Shown piece by piece: positions 13,226 through 24,135 of a stretch of DNA of 64,000 nucleotides. Each line of letters starts with the position of its first letter. The stretch's first letter is position 1. Both the position numbers and the translations under genes were made by a program. Origin of the DNA: Marsupella aquatica (taxonomy: Eukaryota; Plantae; Marchantiophyta). The stretch lies in contig OZ316894.1 in the NCBI GenBank assembly GCA_973895155.1, positions 10,881,874 through 10,945,873 of the forward strand, read 5' to 3'. The notes beneath the pieces are model-generated. The model saw nothing but the letters and a program-made list of their open reading frames with translations, did not search any database and was not told the DNA's origin.

Positions 13226-16200
13226 GATGTTTTCATGCGCAACTGTCAGCGTCAGTGCGGAGTACCTCCATATGTCCATAGTGAACATATCAGGTAAACA
13301 AGTTTCACCAGGTAAACAAGTTTCACCAGGGGACCCATAAAGCATATCTCTCTTTATCTTATTGTCTAGTGTTACAGACATCTCTACTATCTTGAATTCA
13401 TGCGAGTCCACTCTTGTGTACCTTGTACCTCATTCCCTCTCCAAGTTTGGAAAAATCTCATTCTTTAGATGAAGCAAGGTATTTAGAAACTTGTCAAAGT
13501 AGTATAACATAGGTACAAGGGTTTTTTAAGATTTTATTCAGCTTTAAGTTAGTTGAACTTTCATTTTTTTATGCTCAGTGAATAAAAATATATATATCAA
13601 AATGCTCCCCAGGGTGTAAAGTCTAGAGTTCTTCTCTTGAGCTTAGAGAAAGACTAGTGTGCTGAACAAGAGGCAATTCTTGAATGCCATACGATAAGTT
13701 TTTGGTTATAATTAGTAGCCTAACAAGATTAGAAATAACCTAACTTCATTTGTTTGCACCCCATTTTCAATAATCCAATGACTAATTCCCCAAGGATTTC
13801 ACACTTATATAAGGTTTACACTACATGATAAGTGCAGTTTTTCTGACTTCCCACTTGCATCTCCATAGTGTCAATAGACATTCCTCATGCCTTGAAGCCT
13901 CTCCCCTGTCATATATGTGAGCTCGCAGGGAAAAAGACTCAATTTTGATGCAATTTTAATACGAAATTGAATAGTGGGCCATGGGGTGCTCTGTTTAAAT
14001 AGTGCACCCTGGGCATTGTATGAAAGTTTTGACTACCTGTTTTTGTCAATACTTGTGGTGTTATGTTCAAAAATGTGGTGTTACTGGTCAGAGTGTTCAA
14101 GAGTAACCAATAATGAGATGAAACTAAACTACTAACAAGACTAAGGGGATGAAACTAATGTGTCTTAGAGATCATTGGTTGAGTTCAAGCTTCTCTATTG
14201 GATTTGTTAAAAGGGCTCGTGTTAACCTTCTTCACATTGTTGTCAAGTGGCATTTCAATTGAGTATGCGCTGGCATTCTTCCAATAAAGTTTGCTTCCAA
14301 TGCTCTAGAACTTGCAATGAGCATTGTTGTTTTTTATGTTGCTATTATGGCAAGACACACTTCAGTTATCTTGTCTTATTGAATTTGCTTATTACATATT
14401 TTTATGTTAATCTGGTTAATTCTATGCTTTAACATTGTATTCTGCTGAATTTAGTGATTTCTTCCAACCTTTTTGATTTTTTCAATTCTTAATTTTTTAC
14501 TACAGATTCTTACTTTATAATTTATTTATGTAATATATGCACTCTTCCTTCTTTACATGAGAATTCCTTGATAAGGTCCAACTCTCCAAACTCAATCAGG
14601 CAACTAGGACATAATCTAACCATATTCTATAACTCATATGTCTATTGTATAAAAACAATTCAATGCTTATGGTTATAGCATGCTCATCTTGAAACATTCT
14701 TCATTTTTTTGTTTTTTAGTGATATACACGTGTTCTAATTAAAATAGAAACAGTACATTGACTAGGAAAGTCTATGATATTGACACTTGTGCACATAAGG
14801 TACAAAAAGAAAAGCACACATGTAAAGAAAAAATAATAATGAACACTAAAGTTTAAGTTTATGGTATTGGGATGTGCACATAATGTACATGAGTAGAGAT
14901 ATTTATGTACTTACTTTAGGTAATGACACTCAAAATAATTAAAACCATAAATTTAGGACACAAAACCATGAGTAGTACTTAAAGTTTGAATGTACATATT
15001 TTAGGTATGCCTTGATATTGGCTTTTATTTGTAATCAATTTCTCACAACTATGCATTATTACACAGCTAAACATTCAGCTAGAAAATGCCAAAAGTGAAG
15101 CATTTTGGCTTGCAACCTAAAACTGATTCTTTTTAAATTATTATTTTTGAATCACAGAACTTGGGAGGAGATGTTGTGCCTACAAATTTTAGAGTAGAGA
15201 ATGTAGACTTTGTCATAAAGTCTCTATTGGCTCTTTACTTACTTTTCACTCAAAATATTGTGGGTACAATTACCTCATAGTTGATAATTCATATATTTTG
15301 ACCAGGCTGGTTGTTACATTCCAAGGTTACATTCCTTGGAATGGGAACATTTTTATAAATTTTGGTTCCCCCGCGAAAAGCCCCACGGGGAGGGCAAACA
15401 AACATACCAAAGGCCAGGCCAGGCAGCAAAAACCAGAACCGAGCACACAGCCCACCGACATGCGAATCCAGCATGACAACAAAGCCCCCCCAGCCACCAG
15501 AACAGTGAGAAAGGGGAGACCAACCACGTCAACCACCAAAAAGAGTCCACTCCAACTTAAGAGGGCACCAAGGCACCTGAGCAGCCCAGAATCAGAGGTC
15601 ACAGGTGCACCACCAAACCATATCAATCTAAAGAAGTGATGGCCGCATTCCAAGGTTACATTGAGATATATAAGTAAATATTCCAAGGTTACATTGAGAT
15701 ATATATAAGCAAATATTGTAGTTACCTCTATATTTAGATTATTAGAATGGTTGCATTTGGCAAAATCAACCAAATAATGTCTGTTATGGAAATTTATTTG
15801 GTTGTAATCACCAAAACTAAAAATTCGTAGAAAATGTACTCATTTGGCCAATTAAAAGCTCATTTTTTTCTATTTAGATGGCATATAAATCCTCAGTCAC
15901 CAACAAAGTTCAAAAAAAGCATCTACATTGACAGAATTTGCCCAATTCACCTTGCAACAACCTTGCAAAATATATAGATCCTGGTGGAGATTGATTGCCT
16001 ACAAAGGAGACATTTTAGAAAATTTGCTTAGTTTTATAATTTTTGCATGATTTGATTGTGTAAACTTTTCCAATGAATGGTCGGGTATCCACATTGATGC
16101 TTGGCGCTGTACTAGGCTGCAAGCCAAGTAAGCCATTGTCAATTCCTGTGGTATGTAGCTAACTAGATTACAGGTACCAAATGAGTTTTCTCCATGCTCT

Positions 16201-16529
16201 TCTTTGCTTATCTATCCTAATGTAATATGCAAGACTGTATGTAATTTTTGTTGTTCATTTAATATGCTAATGATTTCTAATACAATTTGGTTCTAAGGAA
16301 CTATGTGTAAATAGGCATAAGTTGTTTGGAGAGTCCTGCTAGTAGGATAGTAAGTTGCATGAAATGTATGACACATGATAAAGTGTTGTTATAGAAGATT
16401 ATGTTAGCTCTTGTTGACTGTGGAGAAAGGTTAACTTGACAACAAAGGATCATTTCCCAATAGGTGAGGCGCTTATGGCTGATTTATGAAGATAGATGAA
16501 ACTCTTTCCGTACTGATTGGGGTTAAAGA

Positions 16530-16626
16530 GGCTATTTGGGACTTTGATAGACATCTCATCTCATTACATTGAGCCCCAGGCTATTTGGGACTTTGATAGA
16601 CCTCTCATCTCATTACATTGAGCCCC
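16530..16626. repeat. Tandem duplication, ~49-bp unit x2
   Basis: ggctatttgggactttgatagac(a/c)tctcatctcattacattgagcccc repeated directly. Confidence 0.92.
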
Positions 16627-17029
16627 CTCCACCCCAATTCTCTTTGTGGACTATTTTAGCCTTTTTGCCCTAACATGCCCTCACAGGCCTGTTGGTTCCT
16701 CCATCCCCCCGGTTCATGGGGAATAAACTTGAGATTGGAATTAAAATTCCTTGACCGTCTACTTGTCACCTACAAAACTAGTTTCAGATCTCTTGTTCAT
16801 CTCTCAATAAAACCAGCCTTTCATGCTTAGAAGTCTTAGAAAAATGTTTGAACCTAGCGTTGTTAGATTTCAGGAAAACAGGACTAATGAGCTCACTGAT
16901 TTCTAAACTGTTTTGCCCTTCCTTGAAAGTCTAGCTATGTTATTATTAAAAATGATTTTGGATTTCTCACTCATCTCTCAATAAGTCCTTTGATTTGTGC
17001 TTAAACACCTATAAATATTTGTAAAATAG

Positions 17030-17660
17030 CTTTCCAATTAACCTACTATAAGAGTTTTTCAATATTAAAGAGAACATGGGTTTATCAATTTAATTTCTTT
17101 AGGTTTCAATGAATCTCATATTGGCAGATTTTGTCAAATACTAAGAACATTAGGAGTTTACAAATTTCTGTAGCTTTCTAATGAGTCTCACATTGACAAA
17201 TTTTAGGTTAACTTTTTTCAAATACTAAGGAGATCTCGAGTTTCTGAATTTTCCTAGCTTTTCAATGAGTGTGACACTGAGAGACTTCATTAAATATTAA
17301 CTGGATCTCAAAATTTTGAATTTTCTCTATCTTGCCAATTAACTTAACATTGGCAAATTTTGTTGATAGAGAGTAGATTGTGAGGTTTTAAAGTTCTTGA
17401 GCTTTCCAATGAGTGTGACATTGGAAGATTTTGTCAAATATTGAAGAAATCATGAGTTTAGAAATTGTGTTGAAGTTTCCAATTTAGCATATTTAATGTC
17501 AAATTTTGTCAAGTGCTAAGAAGATCACTTATTTTTGAACTTATTTAATTTTCCAATTATTGAGATTGGAAGATTCTGTCAAATTCTAAATAGAGAATGA
17601 GTTTTTGAATTTCTCTAACTTTCCAATGACAGATTGGATTGATCATGAAATACTAAGAAG
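17030..17660. repeat. Degenerate minisatellite, ~72-bp period, ~9 units
   Basis: Recurrent tttccaatgag...cattgg(a/c)agattttgtcaaatactaag...gagttt at ~17031, 17104, 17175, 17260, 17331, 17403, 17476, 17550 and 17620. Confidence 0.8.
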
Positions 17661-17789
17661 ATTGATTAATTCAATTTACAATATGGAACCCAAAGGTTCT
17701 AACAATTTATACTTCTCTAGGTTGGTTTTTTCAGAAACTCGCAAAAAATAGAGAAATTCAAACATTACAATAAAAAACACTGATATGTC

Positions 17790-18050
17790 ATTAACAAGAC
17801 ATCCAATTGGTTACTTTGTTTTCCCTCTTTTTGTTGGTTTTGATGGTAGTTTTTATTTTGTAATTTTTTTACTGTTACTAGGTTCAGACAATTATTTTCT
17901 CTCTTGTGTTTGTTTCCTGTTAAAAGTATCATTGTTCTTGTTTTGATCAAATTTGATGATGTGGCTGCACAAGGTACCATAAATTTTGGAAAAAACTTCC
18001 CATGGGGATTTGTAAATAGATTATATATGGTCAATGATATATTATGCAAC
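17790..18050 (+). repeat. Dispersed repeat copy; a second diverged copy lies at ~20500-20720
   Basis: Both share ...gatgtg(g/a)ctgca...attttggaa...aacttcccatgggg...taaatag(a/g)tta. The two copies bracket the OPR remnant. Confidence 0.6.
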
Positions 18051-18989
18051 CAACACTTGATCTTACTTATGAGGTTATTGGGGAGATTATTATAGTGAAC
18101 TTAATTGTGAAAGTAAAGCATACATGCATAATAAATTGTGTGAAATGTTTGATAAGAGAACCATGTAGTCTACATCTTATTAACACATTGTTGGTGACAG
18201 AGGCTCAGATCTTTGGCATTGATTCTAATTATTTCAATGCAAGTTAAAACCCTTTTGTGTGTGTTACTCAATTGTTTTTCTGAGATGATTCATATTTGAT
18301 TGATGGAAATTTAAGTATTTAAACTCTTCAAACACTCAATTGTGCTAAATTCAATAGTATAGTCCTTACAAATATTATTATAAATGAACATTGAGTTTTT
18401 ATATACAATGTGAAATTTATGTTACTAATAGCAGTAACATACATTTTTTATATTGCCTTTGAGCATTAAATTTTGTTAAAGTGATGATTTGGGAAAAGGA
18501 CTCTTGGGATGCCAATGTCTTCCTTGATAAGTTCTTTATGGATCCCATTAGAGGTCCCTTCCAAAATTCTTGACTCCACAACGCGCCATGTTATCATGAC
18601 GCACTGCAAACAAGAATGGATTGGTTTCCAAAATAAAATTACTCTACCTTTCGTGTTTGTTGCAAGTTTTTGGTAACATTTAGGACACCAGCCATAAAAC
18701 ATGATGTAAATTTATTTCAAATAATCTTTTTATTTACCCTGAGTAACCGCTTGTGCATTTAGTAGTATGCCCACCCTCATTTTGAATTTTGATTCAATTG
18801 AGTAGAGGATAGCAAGAGAAATACTTACCAGAAGCACAATGATGACGAGGACATTACTAAGCAACAAAGGGCTGCCAATGATGAAGATGTCAGGATGAAA
18901 GTTGGGGATCATGAGATTAAAATTCACCATGAGAAGAAACAAACAAAGACAATAAGAAAAACTATGTTGGTAGCAGATGATTGAGACAA

Positions 18990-19945
18990 CCATCGACCGC
19001 ATGAGGTCTTGCACTGTCTGGCATTCTTAATTCACATAAGAAAGATTGGCCGGCACCATGCAAGATCAACAAGCCAGTCAAGATTGAATTCACGAGAGTT
19101 CCAAGCACCCCCAATATTTGGAATGAAGAACAAATTGAAGCCTGGAAGTCCGTTGCGAAAGTTGGACACAAAAAGGCAGGGATTTGTTTCTGTCAATTGT
19201 GGCACACTAGAAGGCAAAGTGGCATTTGTAAGTTGAATACTGCATTTTGAGATCCTATTGATAGACACTTAAATTGGAACATGAAATGAATTGTAATTAA
19301 TTGGTTAGAATTGACTAAATGAGCATCTTGAATTTTGTACTTAGTGGCCAAAAACAACTGTGCTTGGTCCATCCACAAATATGAGGAGGAATAGAATTGT
19401 GGCGTGACTGCTTAGAGAGCTCCGCAACGATAATCTTAATGGTCAGCCCCAGCCTGAAATTTCTTGTTCAAAATTTGATGGTCCAAGCATGGGTGCTAGA
19501 TATGTAGTAGAAGCTTCTTTTAAAACTAGAAACACAAAACACATAGGGGTCCACAAACTAATTCCTAAACAAGTGAAAGCAGGTATAATTGGCCTAAGCA
19601 ATGTGGGATGAGGAATTTAGCTTAATTATCATATTTGGTTTGTTAAATTCAAATAAGATAGACGAAGGAAAAGTTAAGAAGTAAAACTTGAGAGTGAATT
19701 GAAGGATGGATTACAATTGTAGGCATTCAAAATTTTTGCAGAAATTCAGATATATTAGTGGACACAAAAATACTATTATGATACACGCAAGAAATAATTT
19801 AATAGGTCAAATTCTGTGGCATGCTAGATTTGAATGGATTCAAGTGAAATTGGAAAGCTAGCAAGAAGGAGAATCATTTCAAGTGGACTCATAATTAGTC
19901 TATTGCACATATATGGAGGAATAGAAATTATGCGCTATGGAAGTA
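18990..19945 (+). pseudogene. OPR: Decayed 12-oxophytodienoate reductase / old yellow enzyme family pseudogene fragment
   Basis: 19101-19226 reads PSTPNIWNEEQIEAWKSVAKVGHKKAGICFCQLWHTRR then GTAAGT, versus OPR [38 protein letters not shown]. About 19490-19515 reads GARYVVEA (cf. AARNAIEA). About 19829-19920 reads FEWIQV...*...FQVDS...YGG with the same spacing as FDGVEI...FLKD...YGG but contains a stop. Confidence 0.8.
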
Positions 19946-21525
19946 TGACGTATATGGTATGTCAGCCATGGAAGAAGAGGAGAACAAGTACTAGGGAGAT
20001 TACCTACTTTTAGTTGAAAGTCCTTGAATTGATATTTTAATTAGTTTGAAGACCCCTAGGTTATGTAAGTTTGATGTTATTCAACAACTATGTTAGAACA
20101 AATGAAGAGTTGCATATTGGAATAGGTTTGAATATGGAGATAAGAGGAAAAAATAAGTAAATTATTTATGGAAGAAGTGCATGCACAACTTTCCCTTGGT
20201 ACCCTTATGTCCATAGAGCCCATATGCTATAGAAGCCAAAGGGTTTTTTAATTACATTTCTTAGGTATTCCTTTATCTATAGTAGTCAAAAGGTTTCTTA
20301 TGTTCTCTTGGTGTTCCTTTTCCATAGTAACCGAACGGTTTCTTAGGTTACCTTGGTAAATGTTATAGTATTTGAAGAGTTTATTTTTACACATGGTTAT
20401 TCCAAAAATTGCAAATAGAAAACTCATATAATCTACTAGATTGATATATTAATCACAACCCATTTGAAGGTTACTTTTAGCACCCCCTTTTCACCCCTTG
20501 CTTTGTTTATTTTAAGTATTATTTTTCCATTTTCAGTTGTTTTAATAGTTACAAGGTCTCATTGTTTTTCTTTGACTTGGTTTAAAACACACATAGTCTT
20601 GTTTGGTGTTTTTGCATAATAAATCGTTCTTGTTTGTGACTAATAATGCTGATGTGACTGCAGTGCTTCTAGGGATTTTGGAAGGAACTTCCCATGGGGG
20701 TCCATAAATAGGTTAGAGAATTTGCTTAGTGTAGACATGGAAGTGTCCTCAAGACACCCATGAAGGAGTTTTGCAAGGTTAAATAGTTTGAAAGGAATGA
20801 TCATCCTGCCTCCAATGAGATATTATGAGAGCATGAGAAGTTATGCATATTGAGAACTCAAGTGCTTAGCTTGCCCGGCAGAAGAGTCATGCATTGGAGA
20901 TAATTTACAACTAATAATTCTTAAATTTGCATTTTAATTTCATTTTGTTTTGGGTATCTATCCTAAGAAGGCACTCACTTTGCTTTTGTGAAACCAAATT
21001 TTACTTTCCTACCCCCAAACTAGTCAAAATGACTAACCAACCTTCCACACTAATTTAATTATCAGGTTGGCTCTCGTTTTGTATGTGAGTTGGCTTAACC
21101 AGACTACACTAACCCAAGATGACATGTAAGTGCTATGGGGACACATGGAGACTCATAATTTGTCCAAGTTGACCCCTCATACCGGAAAAGATGGGGACAA
21201 TGAGTGGCACCAAATTGGGATAGTTTTTTCCTTGTAGATAGTACTTGACCCTCACATTCCAGTGAGTGTCAGATGAGGAAACCTGGTGAAAGGTTTGTTG
21301 GAGAGGTTTAGCATGGGCAAACTTCAAGCCTCCATGTGTCAACAAACAAATAGCATCCCATCTCAGATCAATGTAAATGACATACTCACCCACATATAAA
21401 ATGAAAACAGCCTGACAATTGAATTAGTTTTGAGGACAGGATAGTAAATTCACCCATTCTGAGCCATAATATTACTATATACATACATATAAAATGTGCG
21501 CAATCTCATAATTTTATTAGTTTGA

Positions 21526-21700
21526 AGGACAAGTTGATAATTTCAAGTCGTTTGGGGATGGTAAGTTTTGAGGATAAGTTGATAATTTCAAGTTGTTTGG
21601 GGATGATAAGTTTTGAGGATAAGTTGATAATTTCAAGTCTTTTGGGGATGGTAAGTTTTTAGGATAAGTTGATAATTTCAAGTCGTTTGGGGATGGTATT
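21526..21700. repeat. Tandem repeat, 45-bp unit x4, upstream of ATRX
   Basis: agga(c/t)aagttgataatttcaagtc(g/t)tttggggatggtaagtttt starts at 21526, 21571, 21616 and 21661. Confidence 0.92.
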
Positions 21701-21759
21701 GTAAAAAACAGGATGAAATTTCAACTCGTTTTGGGGATAGCATAGTGAAAGACAGTCTC

Positions 21760-22100
21760 AATTGCCCCACGTCAAGCCACCCTAATGAGATAAAGCGTAA
21801 CCAAGACACAAGTGCCCCTCTTCAAGCTAGCCTAATAGCCTAAGTAGAGCTGTCTGGACGGTAGCGCAAAGCATGGACGGGGCTTGTGTCCATCACCGCA
21901 ATGTATTCCACGTGTGACAGGCTGAACGACTGTACCGTACAAAAGGGCACTGTCACGACTCACGACAGGCGAGAGACGGCTCACGTCTGGATTTGACGGC
22001 CGTTTCCACAGTGCACATTAATACTTGTAGAGCAACCCATTTGCGTTCCACACTTTTTCATCCGGCATATGTGAGCTGCGCTCATTTCTGAAGTTCATAT
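21760..22100 (+). promoter_or_regulatory. Probable ATRX proximal promoter with an ACGT-core (G-box-like) cluster
   Basis: ccacgtca (~21767), ccacgtgt (~21908) and cacgtc (~21982) sit where AT-rich repeat DNA gives way to a CpG-rich, CT-rich leader. Function is inferred. Confidence 0.4.
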
Positions 22101-24135
22101 ATGCGCATTGGGCTCTCTCTTGCTTCGGGCATTCGTTTTCCAACGCTGGGGCCGTGTCGTTGACAAGAAATTCTAAAGCGGGCGACCGAAGAATTGCACG
22201 ACAATTGTCCGGCTTTTCTTTCTCCGGAGCTCTTGAAGATCGAGAGTCGTGGGGGCCCTTCGCGCCTTCGCGGCGAAAGGTCTCTTCTGCTCTCAGAGCT
22301 TCTTTGTGAGCTTGATTTGTGAGCTTGATTTCGGGAACTTCAGCAGACAGTTTTTTTTTTTCCGCCTTTCGTTCTGAAATTTGTTTTGACGCCTCATTGT
22401 CTTGCTGCGAAGGACGTTATTGCGGCAGCACGAGGATCGTCTGTTTGCGAGTTTGTCCAGTAAAGAATGCAAGGATGAGTATGAGAGCAGCGGCCAAGAG
22501 GTGACGGTTTCAATGAAGTTGATTATGTAGTTGTTGAACAGTGGTCCGTTCGTCAGAATAGTCCGATTCGTCAATTGCATCAGTGGACATGACTGTAAAA
22601 GATGCGTTATTTGGACATCGTCGTCGCTTGTAGGTCTGGGCTTGTCACAAACTGGCGATGCTTGGGTTTGAACGGAGAATGCCAGTGTGTGGTTTCTCTG
22701 TAGGTTATCGTGTGATGGTTTACTTATTCTAGAGAGTCGCTCACATTCAGATTATATTTGATTCAGGTGAATGCAATTTTTCCAGGGGATTCGAAGCTAT
22801 CCAATTCCGGCACTGTCACTTATCGCAGTGGATTGCTGAAGGCGGAAGGTTGGGGTTAGCAATTTTTGTAATTGTATGCATCGTTCTGCGTAGGATATGC
22901 CAACTTTCCCGCGCAGATTCTCAGTCTCCTGCGCCGAAACACCCGCGAAGCTAATTCCAAGCTCTGGACGTCCAAGTAGAGAGCACAATGGGGCAGTTTA
23001 GCAAGCACTTTATGAGAATGAGTGGCAGCGACGAGTGACTTAATCAATGCACATGTAAGGGTTGATCTAAACGTTTCTCTGCAAAAAATGCCAGGTCTTT
23101 AGCTTCAGTTAATGGAGAACAATCCACCTTCCTGGTCGCGAACCGAGGAAATTTTACTCACAAAGTTTGGTCAGCATTTTCTTGTTTTTGGTTTTCCCAC
23201 CATAATTTCAACTTATTTATTGTGTACTTGATTTGATTTTTCAGGTCTTGGTCTTGTTGCTGCACTATGTGATCTCGCAGTGCAGAGTTGATAAGACTTG
23301 AAGATGTTTGTTTATGCGAAGTCCTTTGGCGATATCGGAGGTCTTTGAATCTCTATTTGATCGGCAGGTTAGAATTGTCGTACACAACTTGCGGGTCACT
23401 TGGGGAAAGCTCTTTAGATTCGAACCGACTGAATTCCAGGTTGACTTTCCAATTACAGGGTAGTACCAACGCTGGTATTGATTACCAATCACGATTGAGC
23501 TGGGTGGTCTCCCGTTCAAAGCCTTTGGCGTGTTAGGGGATGTGAAGTTAGAAGGGATTCAATTATTCTTTGGCTTCCGGTGAAGTGACTGGCTGAGGTC
23601 TTCAACATTTATGCTGCTAAATTTCACGCATACATCGGTGGGGGCAGCTTGGAGAAACCTCAGTGCACCTTGCGAAAGAGGGTATTGGCTTGGCTAGTAG
23701 TCCTCAGGACGATCTGGGTGTGACGACATCGACGATCCAGGTCTTTTATCATCCGCTGCTTCAAAGGGGAGGGGAGGAGATGAAGGCCATTGCTGATTTC
23801 AGGTTTGCCATGTACCTACAGATAACGCTTGCAAAGAAGTCAAATTTATGTGTAGAGATCGTGGTGGAACCTTTATCACTCTGTGTTCAAAATCAACGGT
23901 AGTAATTGAGAGCTACTATTTTGTTACGTAGTCTTTCATTAGTACAGTGACATCATGGTTTTGCCTAGTTTGATCCTGTTCAGACCCACATTTGAAACCT
24001 GATAGCTTCTGATGTGCCTAAACTAATTAAGCTATTCCTGTTTAAAGCTTGATTCATGTTCCCAGTGATATTTGATCAACGCGCTGGCGCCTGCGGAGGT
24101 TGCGGCAAAGCACGTTGATGTGGAAGCCACTGAAA

